Assembly (NCBI GenBank): GCA_003278845.1
Contig: QCCX01000004.1
Location: 12,524-76,523 of the forward strand
From: Prochlorococcus sp. AG-347-O22
GTDB lineage: Bacteria; Cyanobacteriota; Cyanobacteriia; PCC-6307; Cyanobiaceae
Length of the DNA stretch: 64,000 bases
Reading direction: 5' to 3'
Of this stretch, positions 40,352-52,296 are shown piece by piece; the stretch's first letter is position 1; each line of letters starts with the position of its first letter. The notes under the pieces are model-generated. The model ran no database searches and had not been told where the DNA came from. It saw only the letters and a list, made by a program, of their open reading frames with translations. The position numbers were made by a program, and so were the translations under genes.

Positions 40352-42628
40352 TTGAAGCCGGCAAGTAATCAGTTATTAAATATCTCCTACAAATTAGAAA
40401 TTTTACTTGATATAGGTAGTAGTAATGAAAGCTTTTACTATTTAGATGGAAATAATCTTGGGACAGAAGTTGGAGATATTGTAAGTGTGAGACTAAGAGG
40501 GAGATTATTGAATGGGTTGGTGATCTCAAAAAAAAGCTTTTCGACAATCAATGATGATGAAGCAAATATTACTGGAGGAAAAAGCATAAGATATTTGTTT
40601 GTTGAAAGTATTTTGCAGAAAAAAGTAATTGATGACTCTTGGAGAGAATGGATAGAGTCCCTAGCCTCTTTTTATATGGTTAGTAATTTAAAAATGTTTA
40701 AAACTGCATTTCCTCCTGGCTGGATTGGTAAATATAAGAATTTTTCTAAAGGTTTAAAAGATCAAATATGGATTGAAACAAAAAAAGAATTTGATATTAA
40801 TAAAAACGGATTAACCAAAAAAGAATTTTTCTTAATGAATACTTTGCCTGAAAAAGGTAATTGGCAAAGTGAATTAATAAAGACTGGTTTTAATTACACC
40901 TTAATAAACTCAATGGTCAGTAAAAATTACCTTGTTAAATCCAAAAGAAAAAAAAATATAAATATTAAATTAAATTCTTTTTTAAATGATCATATTGCAA
41001 CGAAAAAACCAAATCTTACAGATGAGCAAAAAATTGCATTTCAAGAATTTCAAAAAATGAAACCAGGAGATGTTTTACTTCTGTGGGGCGAAACAGGTTC
41101 AGGTAAAACAGAAGTTTATATGAGAATTGCTGAAGATCAAATACTTAAGAAAAAAAGTTGTTTGATACTAGCTCCAGAAATCGGACTAATTCCTCAACTT
41201 ATTGATAGGTTTTGTCGGCGATTTAATAATGTCGTTTACGAATATCATAGTAACTGTTCTCCTAATCATAGAACTGTGGTTTGGAAGAAAATCATTAATA
41301 CTAATGAACCTTTCATAGTAATAGGAACAAGGTCCGCAGTTTTTCTTCCAATAAAAAATCTAGGATTAATAATCATGGATGAAGAACATGATGTTTCATA
41401 TAAACAAGATAGTCCTATGCCTTGTTATGACGCGAGAGAGATTGCAATTGAAATAGTAAAAAGGAATTCAGCAAAGTTAATTTTTGGGAGTGCAACGCCA
41501 TCAATGAAGACGTGGAAAAAGTGTATTTTTGAAAAGAATTTTAAATTGGTAAGAATGATCCAAAGGATATCTAGTAATGAAGTTCCTGAAATAAGAATTA
41601 TTGATATGCGTGATGAGTTCAAGAAAGGAAATATGAAAATTTTTTCCAATGAATTATTACAATTGCTTCCTCAACTACGATTAAAAAAAGAGCAGGCAAT
41701 AATTTTGATCCCCAGGAGGGGACACAGTGGGTTTTTAAGTTGTAGAAATTGCGGATATTTAATAAATTGCCCTAACTGTGACATTCCTTTATCAGTGCAT
41801 CTCGGTTCACAAGGGAAAAAATGGTTAAGCTGTCATTGGTGTGATCATAAATCCAGATTGATCAATCGTTGCCCAGATTGTCATTCAACTGCCTTTAAAC
41901 CTTTTGGAATAGGTACACAAAGGGTAATAGAGTTTTTAAATGAAGAATTTCCTGACTTAAGAGTACTTCGCTTTGATAGGGATACAACCTCAGGGAAAGA
42001 TGGTCATAGAGATATCCTTTCAAAGTTCTCTAAAGGTGATGTTGATATTCTTGTGGGAACTCAAATGTTGGCAAAAGGGATTGACATCCCCAATATTACT
42101 CTTTCAGTAGTTATTGCAGCAGATGGGTTGCTTCATCGTCCAGATATTTCGGCAGAAGAAAAATCATTACAATTGTTTTTGCAATTAGCTGGTAGGGCAG
42201 GCAGGGCTCAAAAAAAAGGAAAAGTAATTTTTCAAACATATAAACCTAACCACCCAGTAATTTCGTATCTTCAGGAAAGAGATTATGAAAGATTCTTAAG
42301 TGAAAACTCGAAATTGAGAAAAGATTCTAATTTATTTCCATTTTGCACGATTTGCCTTCTTAAATTATCAGGTGAAAATTATGAATTAACTGAGTCAACT
42401 GCAATAAAATTAGCAAAATATCTACTCAATTTATGTGAGAAAAAGAAATGGAAATTAATTGGTCCTGCTCCTAGTTTAATTGCTAAAGTCGGTAAAAAAT
42501 TTAGATGGCAGATATTAATACATGGTCCTGAAGGAGCAAAGATACCTTTACCTGATAGAACAATATTATGGAAACTTATCCCAAAAAATGTTTTTTTAAC
42601 AGTAGATGTTAATCCAGCAGAGTTGTAA
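40352..42628 (+). CDS. priA: Primosomal protein N' (PriA helicase)
   Basis: GETGSGKTEVY, DEEHD, four CxxC Zn pairs, GTQMLAKG, QLAGRAGR; exact start uncertain. Confidence 0.95.
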   Translation: MKPASNQLLNISYKLEILLDIGSSNESFYYLDGNNLGTEVGDIVSVRLRGRLLNGLVISKKSFSTINDDEANITGGKSIRYLFVESILQKKVIDDSWREWIESLASFYMVSNLKMFKTAFPPGWIGKYKNFSKGLKDQIWIETKKEFDINKNGLTKKEFFLMNTLPEKGNWQSELIKTGFNYTLINSMVSKNYLVKSKRKKNINIKLNSFLNDHIATKKPNLTDEQKIAFQEFQKMKPGDVLLLWGETGSGKTEVYMRIAEDQILKKKSCLILAPEIGLIPQLIDRFCRRFNNVVYEYHSNCSPNHRTVVWKKIINTNEPFIVIGTRSAVFLPIKNLGLIIMDEEHDVSYKQDSPMPCYDAREIAIEIVKRNSAKLIFGSATPSMKTWKKCIFEKNFKLVRMIQRISSNEVPEIRIIDMRDEFKKGNMKIFSNELLQLLPQLRLKKEQAIILIPRRGHSGFLSCRNCGYLINCPNCDIPLSVHLGSQGKKWLSCHWCDHKSRLINRCPDCHSTAFKPFGIGTQRVIEFLNEEFPDLRVLRFDRDTTSGKDGHRDILSKFSKGDVDILVGTQMLAKGIDIPNITLSVVIAADGLLHRPDISAEEKSLQLFLQLAGRAGRAQKKGKVIFQTYKPNHPVISYLQERDYERFLSENSKLRKDSNLFPFCTICLLKLSGENYELTESTAIKLAKYLLNLCEKKKWKLIGPAPSLIAKVGKKFRWQILIHGPEGAKIPLPDRTILWKLIPKNVFLTVDVNPAEL

Positions 42629-43738
42629 TTACTTTGATGGAAGTTGAGGTAAATCTGAACCTAATTTAAATCTATAGAATCTTAATAAATAAGCCAATAT
42701 TATAATTATTAAAATAATAGATATCCCAATCAAAAGTTTGTTTAGGCTCCAGAAAGAAAATTCAAGACTATTTATTTGCCCTTGATTTAAATTCCAAATT
42801 ATTAGATTTTTTGTGATTTCTAAATTTGAATTATTTTTATCGGTAAGGATTGCTTTATTAGGGTGAATAATTTTTAAAATGAGTTCTAAATTATCAATAC
42901 CTTGAATAGAGTTTAGATCCAGATCTAATCTGTAAAAGTATTTTTTAAAAAAAATGAAGTTTTTTTGAGTAGTATTAATTTGTATATTTGTTGATTCCCC
43001 CGCTAGCTCTCCAGCTGTATTTTGAGTGATTTTAAGAACTTGTTTTGTATCTTCTAAATTGAGATTTTTATGTTTCAAAGAAAAAGTTGATTCGTCTTGT
43101 CCAATTTCTGCGTTAGGAAAAATATCTTTCATCCTCTCTTCAAATTTTAATTGCCAAGGAAATTTCTTTATGTATTTACTTTCTATCACTAAATTATTGG
43201 TTATTGAATCAAGTTCACTAAGGTCAAGTGTATCCTCAATTTTAACGCAGCCACTTAAAAGTGGAATTAATAATAATAGTATTAAAAAAATGATTACTGA
43301 AAAGCCTTTCTGAAAGGGTTTTGTCTCACCAGTTGGTGTCTCAGTTACATTAATAAATTTTTTTTTCTTCAATTCTTCTCTTTTTTTGCGCAGTGAGTTA
43401 AGAGATTTTTTATTGAGTGATGGGTCGCTTTCAAACTGTACGTTCCAGTTGTCTGGCTTTTTAATTTCAGGAGAGTCTATAACTTCCATCAAATATTTTG
43501 CATTTTCTCTCGTCTTATTATCGTAAGATTTTAGAAGTTCTTTACAAAACCTTTTAGCCTCCTCCTTTTTATTGATACCACAAAGAGCAGTAATTAAGAT
43601 TGTTCTTAAATTTACTCCCTCTTTGCTTGATAAAGGAAATGATTCGATTATGGGCAAAAGAAAATCAATACAATAATGATACTCACCTTTGGCTAAAGCA
43701 AGTTCTACTTTTTCTAAAACTTGCTCATAATTTTGCAT
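42629..43738 (-). CDS. Conserved cyanobacterial membrane protein (DUF3153-like)
   Basis: TPR-like N-terminus, central TM ending LLSGCV, C-terminal TM. Confidence 0.72.
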   Translation of the reverse strand: MQNYEQVLEKVELALAKGEYHYCIDFLLPIIESFPLSSKEGVNLRTILITALCGINKKEEAKRFCKELLKSYDNKTRENAKYLMEVIDSPEIKKPDNWNVQFESDPSLNKKSLNSLRKKREELKKKKFINVTETPTGETKPFQKGFSVIIFLILLLLIPLLSGCVKIEDTLDLSELDSITNNLVIESKYIKKFPWQLKFEERMKDIFPNAEIGQDESTFSLKHKNLNLEDTKQVLKITQNTAGELAGESTNIQINTTQKNFIFFKKYFYRLDLDLNSIQGIDNLELILKIIHPNKAILTDKNNSNLEITKNLIIWNLNQGQINSLEFSFWSLNKLLIGISIILIIIILAYLLRFYRFKLGSDLPQLPSK

Positions 43739-43741
43739 GGG

Positions 43742-44593
43742 TTAGGCGACTATCATTGTACCTATTCCGGAATTTGTAAAAATCTCAAGAAGTAATGAAT
43801 GTTCTATTCTTCCATCAATTATGTGAGCTGCTTTAACTCCTTGGGCTAAAGCTCTTATACAGCATTCTGTCTTTGGGATCATACCTTCAGTCACAATTTT
43901 TTTATCAATAAAATCTCTTGCCTCTTTGAGATTAGTTTTTTCAACAAGACTATTTTTGTTATCTTTTTCTTTTAAAATCCCTTTTGTATCAGTAAGAAGA
44001 ATAAGTTTTTCTGCATTTATTGCAGCAGCAATTTCTCCAGCAACAAAATCTGCATTGATGTTATGGGAAATACCCTCCAAGGTTGATCCAATGCTAGAAA
44101 TAATTGGGATATAGCCTTTAGAAATAAGAGGATCCAATATTTCAGGATTGATTTTTGTAACCTCTCCCACTAACCCATGGCTCCCATCTCCTAGTTCTCT
44201 AGATTGAATTAAGTTGCCATCCAGACCTGATATTCCCACAGCTAAGGATCCAGTTTTATTAATGCCTTTTACAATTTGTTTGTTAACTCTACCCATTAGA
44301 ACCATCTCGACAATTTCCATTGTTTTTTGATCAGTAATTCTTAATCCATTTTCGAATTTAGGAGATATTTCTAATTTCTTTAACCAATTATTAATCTCGG
44401 GTCCACCTCCATGAATTACTATCGGACAAACCCCAACGGTTGATAAAAGTGCGATGTCTCTAAAGAAAGCATTTTTTAAATTATCATTCTCCATAACAGA
44501 ACCGCCATACTTAATAACAATTTTTCTACCTGAGAAACTTTGTATATATGGAAGTGCTTCGCTTAATATTGATACTCTTTGAGAATCATTCAT
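43742..44593 (-). CDS. argB: Acetylglutamate kinase
   Basis: [31 protein letters not shown]. Confidence 0.97.
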   Translation of the reverse strand: MNDSQRVSILSEALPYIQSFSGRKIVIKYGGSVMENDNLKNAFFRDIALLSTVGVCPIVIHGGGPEINNWLKKLEISPKFENGLRITDQKTMEIVEMVLMGRVNKQIVKGINKTGSLAVGISGLDGNLIQSRELGDGSHGLVGEVTKINPEILDPLISKGYIPIISSIGSTLEGISHNINADFVAGEIAAAINAEKLILLTDTKGILKEKDNKNSLVEKTNLKEARDFIDKKIVTEGMIPKTECCIRALAQGVKAAHIIDGRIEHSLLLEIFTNSGIGTMIVA

Positions 44594-44658
44594 TATTAAA
44601 ATTCATAAAAACTTGATTGAATTGAAAAATTATTTTTTTACAAAATATATCCCTATAT

Positions 44659-45189
44659 TCAATAAAAGAGAATAAAATCAAATTCTTTTTTATTATCGTC
44701 GATAATAAATTCTGATTCAAGGCCTTTGACGAAAAACCTGTTTAATCTTTCTTGTTTTTCAATCCATTTTTCTAGAGGGACAGCGTTTAATTCGAAACGC
44801 ATTCTGAGACCATTTTTTTCTTCTTTTGTAATCTCTTCTATTTCTTTTAGTTGAGGGGGATTATCCTCGTCCCACAAATTTAAAGATTCTAATGAAGATT
44901 CAAGATGAGCTTTTATTCCATATCTCCATCTTGTAACATCTTTAACTAAAGCTGTTAATTCTTTTGGTCTATTAAATTTATTTGTCTCAAAATTTGTCTT
45001 GTCAAACAATTCTACAGGAGGTATTTCGGAAGTCTTTAAACCTAATCCAATTAAAAAAATAGGTACTCCATAAAAAAAAGTAGGTACACTTAAATTTACT
45101 GAGTCTGTAAAATAAGCAGTCATTCCAATAAAAGCTAATATACCCCCTGCGGTTACGATTAAGTTTCCAGGCGATAGGTATTTCTTCAT
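44659..45189 (-). CDS. Conserved cyanobacterial membrane protein (DUF2854-like)
   Basis: Two N-terminal TMs, YGVPIFLIGLGLK, DVTRWRYG..AHL. Confidence 0.75.
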   Translation of the reverse strand: MKKYLSPGNLIVTAGGILAFIGMTAYFTDSVNLSVPTFFYGVPIFLIGLGLKTSEIPPVELFDKTNFETNKFNRPKELTALVKDVTRWRYGIKAHLESSLESLNLWDEDNPPQLKEIEEITKEEKNGLRMRFELNAVPLEKWIEKQERLNRFFVKGLESEFIIDDNKKEFDFILFY

Positions 45190-45231
45190 TGTGATTTAGT
45201 AGAATAAGTTTTAAATGGTTTAACAAGTATT

Positions 45232-45414
45232 ATGCAAGATACTAATACTGCAAATCAAGGAGATTTAATCTTTAAACTTGATCAAGAAAGAGCATGGTTA
45301 TTAGAAAATCTTGATAAAGGTAAATGGCCAGAAATTAGAGGCGAACTTGCCGCACTTGAAAGAAAAATAAGCAAATTAATTATAAGTGTTCAAGAAAATA
45401 ATGTTGATAGTTGA
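45232..45414 (+). CDS. Small hypothetical coiled-coil protein
   Basis: 60-aa ATG ORF, LDQERAWLL..LD.G.WPE.R.ELAALER. Confidence 0.7.
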   Translation: MQDTNTANQGDLIFKLDQERAWLLENLDKGKWPEIRGELAALERKISKLIISVQENNVDS

Positions 45415-45415
45415 T

Positions 45416-45841
45416 TTAAAAAGGTATTTCGTCAACTTCAGGTACTAAAGGTGAACTATCCCAACTGGAATTTTTGGTATTTTCTTTTTTTTCAAATGAT
45501 TCATTATTTTCTTTTTGATCAGACTTAATAACGTCGACTGGCGATATTTGATGAATTTTTGAAGCTGTTAATTCTGGTTGCTTTTCTTTCGTTCCGTCTT
45601 TTCTAGTGACAGAATTCATCTTTAGACGCCCCTCAATAACAATATTTTGCCCTTCCTTTAGTTCATTTACCATTTCTTGGGCAATATTTCCCCATCCTAT
45701 GATCTTGAGATCTCTGGTTGGATCTTCACTACGTAATCCTTTAAAATGAACAATCATTTCAGCAATTGGAGTTTGGTTTTCTTTGGTATACCTCATTTGG
45801 GGAGCGCTATTAATGACCGCCTGAATTAAACAATGATTCAT
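45416..45841 (-). CDS. ssb: Single-stranded DNA-binding protein paralog (cyanobacterial Ycf41/Slr1034 type)
   Basis: OB-fold PQMRYT..WG..A..IEGRL and acidic C-terminus DEIPF. Confidence 0.85.
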   Translation of the reverse strand: MNHCLIQAVINSAPQMRYTKENQTPIAEMIVHFKGLRSEDPTRDLKIIGWGNIAQEMVNELKEGQNIVIEGRLKMNSVTRKDGTKEKQPELTASKIHQISPVDVIKSDQKENNESFEKKENTKNSSWDSSPLVPEVDEIPF

Positions 45842-45869
45842 TACTTACTAATTAATTAAAGACATATTG

Positions 45870-46670
45870 ATGCAGAATCAAGAAAATTGCTATAAAAATG
45901 TTTGGATCCTATCAGGAACTTCTGATGGACCTGAAATAGCTAATAGGCTTCTTGAACTTAATTATTCAGTTTTTGCAAGTGTTTTAACTTATAGAGCAGG
46001 GCAAGCTTATATTGAAAATCCAAAGTTACATATCATTACGGGTAAATTAAATAATAAAGATCAAATAATAGATTTTATAAAAAAAAATAAAATCAAATTC
46101 GTTGTTGATGCAACTCATCCGTTTGCAATGATAATTTCTAAAAATCTCAATAATGTATGTAAAGAGATTAATACACCTCTCTTACTTTTTGAGAGGAAAT
46201 CTCTAATAAATAAAACTAATAATTTTTTTTATATTGATAATTTAAAAGACATAAATAATGTTGAGTTGGAAAATAAGAACATTCTTCTGGCAATAGGTTC
46301 AAGATTCCTTAGCGACACAGCTAATTATTATATGAATTGTAAGGCAAATGTATTTACAAGGGTACTTCCTACCTATGAAAGTATAACTAAAGCTTTTGGA
46401 TCATGTATTAAAAATTCAAATATAGCGATACTTGAACCGAGTAAAAATAATGAAAGAATTTTAGAAAAAAAACTCTGTGATTTTTGGGAGATTGATTATG
46501 TTCTATGCAGAGAATCAGGAAGTTATTCTCAGAAAAACTGGGAAAGGATTATTTCTGGAAGTAACATGAAGTTATTTTTGGTTAAAAGGCCAAAAATAAA
46601 AAATGATTATTCTTATTCTTTCAATCAATACAAGGATTTGATTAATCACATAATTAAATCAAATTATTGA
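45870..46670 (+). CDS. cobK: Precorrin-6A/cobalt-precorrin-6A reductase
   Basis: SGTSDG, VDATHPFA, RVLP, RESG, VKRP. Confidence 0.9.
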   Translation: MQNQENCYKNVWILSGTSDGPEIANRLLELNYSVFASVLTYRAGQAYIENPKLHIITGKLNNKDQIIDFIKKNKIKFVVDATHPFAMIISKNLNNVCKEINTPLLLFERKSLINKTNNFFYIDNLKDINNVELENKNILLAIGSRFLSDTANYYMNCKANVFTRVLPTYESITKAFGSCIKNSNIAILEPSKNNERILEKKLCDFWEIDYVLCRESGSYSQKNWERIISGSNMKLFLVKRPKIKNDYSYSFNQYKDLINHIIKSNY

Positions 46671-46683
46671 TGTTTAATTCATT

Positions 46684-46989
46684 ATGGAAATATTAGTTAT
46701 TATCGCAACTGAATCAAGTAAAACAAATGCTGTGCGAATGGCTAAATTACTCATAAAAGAAAAAATTGCAGCTTGTGTTTCCATAAAGCAAATTTATTCA
46801 CTTTATGAGTGGGATGATGATATTCAAGAAACTAAAGAGTTTGAAATTACAATAAAAAGTAAACTAGAATTTAAAGATTATTTAATTGATTTCGTAAATA
46901 AAAATTCCACATATGATGTACCTCAAATTATTTACAAAAAATATCATGCTGAGATGAAATATTATGATTGGTTGAATAAGACTATTTGA
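46684..46989 (+). CDS. cutA: Divalent-cation tolerance protein CutA
   Basis: AACV..IYSLYEW, YDVPQI, YYDW. Confidence 0.9.
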   Translation: MEILVIIATESSKTNAVRMAKLLIKEKIAACVSIKQIYSLYEWDDDIQETKEFEITIKSKLEFKDYLIDFVNKNSTYDVPQIIYKKYHAEMKYYDWLNKTI

Positions 46990-46995
46990 TTAAAT

Positions 46996-47997
46996 CTATT
47001 TTATTAGCTCTTTAAGATCAATATCCGATCTAGATCCTAATTGCGTAATTATTTGTCCCGCACAAATTGAAGCTATCTCTCCGCATTTTTTGAGGGAACA
47101 ATTGTTTATTAATCCATGGATAAATCCCCCCGCATAGATATCTCCCGCTCCTGTTGTATCAATAATCTTGCCTTTATTAATTGACTCAATTATTTCAACA
47201 TTATTTTTGTTTACTATGAGAGAACCATTGCTTCCAAGAGTTACTATGACTAATTCACATAGGGAAGATAGGTCTTCTTTGCAGCTTGATAATTTATCAT
47301 TTTTAAATAGACTTAACACCTCGGATTCATTACAAAAAACAATATCTATATATTCATAAATTAATTCCAAGAAACTCTCACGATGTCTATCTACACAAAA
47401 TGAATCAGACAAAGAAAGAATTATTTTTGTATTTGATTGTTTTGCAGTTTGGGCGGCTTTAATAAAAGCTTTTTTAGCTAATTCACTATCCCATAAATAT
47501 CCTTCTAAATATAAGTATTTACTTTCCTTAATTACAGTAAAGTCAATGTCTTTTGGTTCAAATCCTACAGATGCTCCTAGGTAAGTACACATAGTTCTTT
47601 GTGCATCAGGTGTAACCAAAATGATTGAATGAGCTGTTGGAGCACCTTCAATAGTTGGTGGAGTATTAAATATTGTTTTACTTTTTTTTATATCGTCAGA
47701 AAAGAAATTCCCAAATTGATCATTTTTCACTCTTCCTATAAACTGCACATGATTGCCTAATTCTGCTAAAGAAACAACAGTATTTGCTGAGGACCCACCT
47801 GAAATTTGTTTGATCACTTTGCAATTTTCTAACAATCTCTGAGATTCATCAGAATTAATTAGATTCATTGATCCTTTATCCAGATTATTTATCTCAAGAA
47901 ACTCATCTTCAATATTTACAATAATATCTACTATTGCGTTTCCCAGACCAATGAGATCAACTTTTTTATGATCAAAATGTCTAAAGGATTCCTTCAT
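46996..47997 (-). CDS. PfkB-family carbohydrate/adenosine kinase
   Basis: GNAIVD, GGSSAN, DAQRTM, DTTGAGD. Confidence 0.92.
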   Translation of the reverse strand: MKESFRHFDHKKVDLIGLGNAIVDIIVNIEDEFLEINNLDKGSMNLINSDESQRLLENCKVIKQISGGSSANTVVSLAELGNHVQFIGRVKNDQFGNFFSDDIKKSKTIFNTPPTIEGAPTAHSIILVTPDAQRTMCTYLGASVGFEPKDIDFTVIKESKYLYLEGYLWDSELAKKAFIKAAQTAKQSNTKIILSLSDSFCVDRHRESFLELIYEYIDIVFCNESEVLSLFKNDKLSSCKEDLSSLCELVIVTLGSNGSLIVNKNNVEIIESINKGKIIDTTGAGDIYAGGFIHGLINNCSLKKCGEIASICAGQIITQLGSRSDIDLKELIK

Positions 47998-48012
47998 TAA
48001 TTTAAAACTTAA

Positions 48013-49326
<1,314 letters not shown>

Positions 49327-49405
49327 TTAGAAGAGCATTATTTTTGTGCGAATATTTAATATATTCAAAAATCTTGGTTTACTTTTAAAAAGTAAATGAA
49401 TTGTA

Positions 49406-49843
49406 TCAACTTTCTCTTAGAACCATTTTTTCAGCAAGAGAAAATTCTTTGGTTAAACGCTCTTTAAGTTTATCTGGTAAAGGCCTACTTGCAAAGTTTT
49501 TGTAATGACCTGCCATAGCATTTAATGCTGTTTGCATTGTGGTAAATGATTGTGTTTTATTCACCATCCCTCTATTTCTATATCTGGAAATATAGTCAGT
49601 TATGAGTGTAAGAGCTTCACTTCTTACTTCATCTTTATTTGGAGAATCTTTTGGAGTATCAACAGCTGTTTGTAATGTTTTAACAACTGAAATTGTATCC
49701 TTTGTGTAGTCACCTGTCATAGAGGTTTTTGCAGCTATGGAAGGGGCACTAAATAGTGTAAAAACAACTGTTAAGGATATTGCAAAAGATATAGCTTTGG
49801 TAAGATTTTTAAAAAATAATTTTGATGTCCATTTCATTAACAT
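49406..49843 (-). CDS. psb27: Photosystem II assembly protein Psb27
   Basis: Signal peptide, TGDYTKDT, YISRYR, SFTTMQTALNAMAGHY. Confidence 0.94.
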   Translation of the reverse strand: MLMKWTSKLFFKNLTKAISFAISLTVVFTLFSAPSIAAKTSMTGDYTKDTISVVKTLQTAVDTPKDSPNKDEVRSEALTLITDYISRYRNRGMVNKTQSFTTMQTALNAMAGHYKNFASRPLPDKLKERLTKEFSLAEKMVLRES

Positions 49844-49870
49844 AACTTAGCTCCCAAAAATAAATAAGCC

Positions 49871-51673
49871 TTAAGACTTTTTATTGTACATTATTTCAGA
49901 TTCGGAAATAAATGCTTCCAACAATTTATCAGTACTAATTTTAAGTTTAGTATTATTTGTTCTGCATAAAAGTTCTACTTCTTTATTAATAGAATCTCTG
50001 CCAATAATTATCTGAAAAGGAATACCAATTAATTCCGCATCTTTAAATTTCACTCCAGCTCTATCGTTTCTGTCATCAAGAAGCACATCAATTTTATTAG
50101 TTAAAAAGTTGTTATAGATTTGCTCAGTAAGATCACGTTGAATAGGATCTTTTAGGTTTGTTGGAATAATAATAACCTCAAAAGGAGAAATCTGGATAGG
50201 CCAACAAATTCCTTTTTGATCATGATTCTGTTCGATAGCAGCTTGAGCTATTCTTGTCACTCCTATTCCGTAACAACCCATCCATAAATTTTTTAAATGA
50301 CCGTCCTTATCAGAGAACTTTGCATTTAATTTTTCACTGTATTTCTGACCTAGTTGGAAAATATGTCCAATTTCGATACCTTTTTTTTCTTTAAGTTCTT
50401 CATTATCATCAATACTTATTTTATCTCCTTTTTTGGCATTCCTGATATCCCCAATAAGATAGTTTTTCGAAGCAAAAGAAAATTCTTGAAAAACTTTATG
50501 GAAATTTACTTTATTCCCACCACTTATAAACTTTGAAAGGCCACTTGCAGAATAGTCAATTATTCTTGTCCATTTTTTATCCCAATTAGAAGTAGCTTTA
50601 ATAGTTTTATTATCCAAATCTGGCCCGATAAAACCTAAGGGAAAATCAATTAGATTTTTTTCGATATTATTTTTGTCTTCAATCTTTTTAAGATTAAGGA
50701 GATTGAAATTATGAAGTCTATTGATTAAGTTAAAAAGCTTTACTTCATTAATGTGTTGATCGCCTCTTATACATGCAAGAATTGGGACCTCAAATTCACC
50801 CTCGAACTGTGCAAGGAATATTACAACTTTAATAATCTGACTAGGGTCTAAATTATTATTATCGCAAACCTCTAGGATTGTTTTTTGTTGAGGTGTTTCC
50901 AACCACTCTGCAATATCATCTTTTAGTGGAATAGGTTGAGAGGGTAGAGAAACAGCTTTTTCAATATTTGCAGCATAAGATCCACTTTGAGTAAACAAAA
51001 TGGAATCTTCCCCAGCATCAGCAGTGACCATGAATTCTTTAGAGGAGGCACCGCCAATTGCTCCACTGTCAGCTTCAACCCCTACTGTCTGCAGACCACA
51101 AGATTTAAAAATATTTTCATAAGCATTGCCCACCTTTTCATAGAAAGAAGCCAGGTCGTTTTCTGAAGAATGAAAAGAATAACCATCTTTCATTATAAAT
51201 TCTCTACTTCTCATCAATCCAAACCTTGGCCTTATTTCATCTCTAAATTTTGTCTGAATTTGATAAAAACATTGAGGTAATTGCTTATAGGAGTTGATGG
51301 TCTCTGATGCAATACTCGTGATCACCTCTTCGTGAGTTGGAGCCAAACCAAATTCTTTACCTTGTCTATCTTTAAGATTAAACATTATTCCCTCTCCTGC
51401 AGTATATCCTTCCCATCTTTCACTTTTTCTCCATAAATCTGCAGGATGAAGTTGGGGTAATAGTAATTTTGTACAACCAATACTATTAAGTTCTCTCTCT
51501 ATTATTGCGGATATTTTTTCAATAACTCTTAGCATTAATGGCATGTATGCATAAATACCGCTATTAACTCTGCGAATATAGCCAGCTTTTAAAAGTAATT
51601 GATGTGAAATAATCTCAGCTTCAGAAGGTGTGTCACGAAGTGTCCCCAGAGGAAATGAGGTTGTCACGCGCAT
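49871..51673 (-). CDS. proS: Proline--tRNA ligase
   Basis: SHQLLLKAGYI, PTHEE, FRDEIRPRFGLMRSREF, editing insertion, MGCYGIG; start placed at MRVTT. Confidence 0.97.
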   Translation of the reverse strand: MRVTTSFPLGTLRDTPSEAEIISHQLLLKAGYIRRVNSGIYAYMPLMLRVIEKISAIIERELNSIGCTKLLLPQLHPADLWRKSERWEGYTAGEGIMFNLKDRQGKEFGLAPTHEEVITSIASETINSYKQLPQCFYQIQTKFRDEIRPRFGLMRSREFIMKDGYSFHSSENDLASFYEKVGNAYENIFKSCGLQTVGVEADSGAIGGASSKEFMVTADAGEDSILFTQSGSYAANIEKAVSLPSQPIPLKDDIAEWLETPQQKTILEVCDNNNLDPSQIIKVVIFLAQFEGEFEVPILACIRGDQHINEVKLFNLINRLHNFNLLNLKKIEDKNNIEKNLIDFPLGFIGPDLDNKTIKATSNWDKKWTRIIDYSASGLSKFISGGNKVNFHKVFQEFSFASKNYLIGDIRNAKKGDKISIDDNEELKEKKGIEIGHIFQLGQKYSEKLNAKFSDKDGHLKNLWMGCYGIGVTRIAQAAIEQNHDQKGICWPIQISPFEVIIIPTNLKDPIQRDLTEQIYNNFLTNKIDVLLDDRNDRAGVKFKDAELIGIPFQIIIGRDSINKEVELLCRTNNTKLKISTDKLLEAFISESEIMYNKKS

Positions 51674-51737
51674 ACAAAAAAAATACATAATGATATTTAA
51701 TTTTATCAATTAAGATGAAAAAATAATTTAAAGTGTC

Positions 51738-51750
51738 TTGAGTCCCTCAA
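51738..51750. promoter_or_regulatory. Short palindrome TTGAG-TCC-CTCAA in the proS / HTH-gene divergent spacer
   Basis: 5-bp inverted repeat in a locally GC-rich patch; candidate extended -10 TGcTAGCTT near 51777-51785. Confidence 0.3.
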
Positions 51751-51848
51751 CGCGGCTAGTCTAAAAATATTCTTTCTGCTAGCTTTTTCAGTAATGAAAT
51801 TCAAACTCTTTTAAAAATTCATTATTACTAAAACATTTTCTTAATTTT

Positions 51849-52199
51849 ATGGAAAATATAGATTCCAATATTTCTAGCGAAGAGGAATTAGTAGGTATTG
51901 ATGAAGTTCAAAAATTCTTAAACAGATCAAGAGCTTCTGTCTATAGGTATACAAATACAGATTTAAGAAATCTAAACCCTAGCTTTAATCCAAGAAAATT
52001 AAATCCCGAATTTAGAACTGATCAAAAAGATCCTTTAAAATTTCATCCTAATGAAGTAGCAAGATTCGCAAAAGATATTTTAAGAATTAAGGAAGTTACT
52101 GTAGAGGTCTTTAATACACCTTCCTCCGCTGCTCAAAATATACTGGTGCAAATATTAGAAGAACTAAAATCTATTAGGTCTTTGCTAGAAAAAGAGTAA
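51849..52199 (+). CDS. Small DNA-binding protein with Xis/MerR-like winged HTH and C-terminal amphipathic helix
   Basis: LVGIDEVQKFLNRSRASVYRY helix-turn-helix; F.P.EV..F wing-end motif. Confidence 0.75.
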   Translation: MENIDSNISSEEELVGIDEVQKFLNRSRASVYRYTNTDLRNLNPSFNPRKLNPEFRTDQKDPLKFHPNEVARFAKDILRIKEVTVEVFNTPSSAAQNILVQILEELKSIRSLLEKE

Positions 52200-52214
52200 T
52201 TAATAATGTTACTA

Positions 52215-52252
52215 GTCAATGTTTTGATTTATTGACATTTTGAATGTAGGAT
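52215..52252 (+). promoter_or_regulatory. Sigma70-type promoter with overlapping inverted repeat
   Basis: TTGATT (52224-29)-N17-TAGGAT (52247-52); GTCAAT-N10-ATTGAC (52215-36) straddles the -35. Confidence 0.45.
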
Positions 52253-52296
52253 AATGGTGTTTAATTATCTCCTAAATTTTTACCAATTAAGAGTTC

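Noticed and set aside
40260-40547. 95-aa minus-strand ORF upstream of rpoD
   Set aside because: Mostly antisense to the priA 5' end with no protein-like features.
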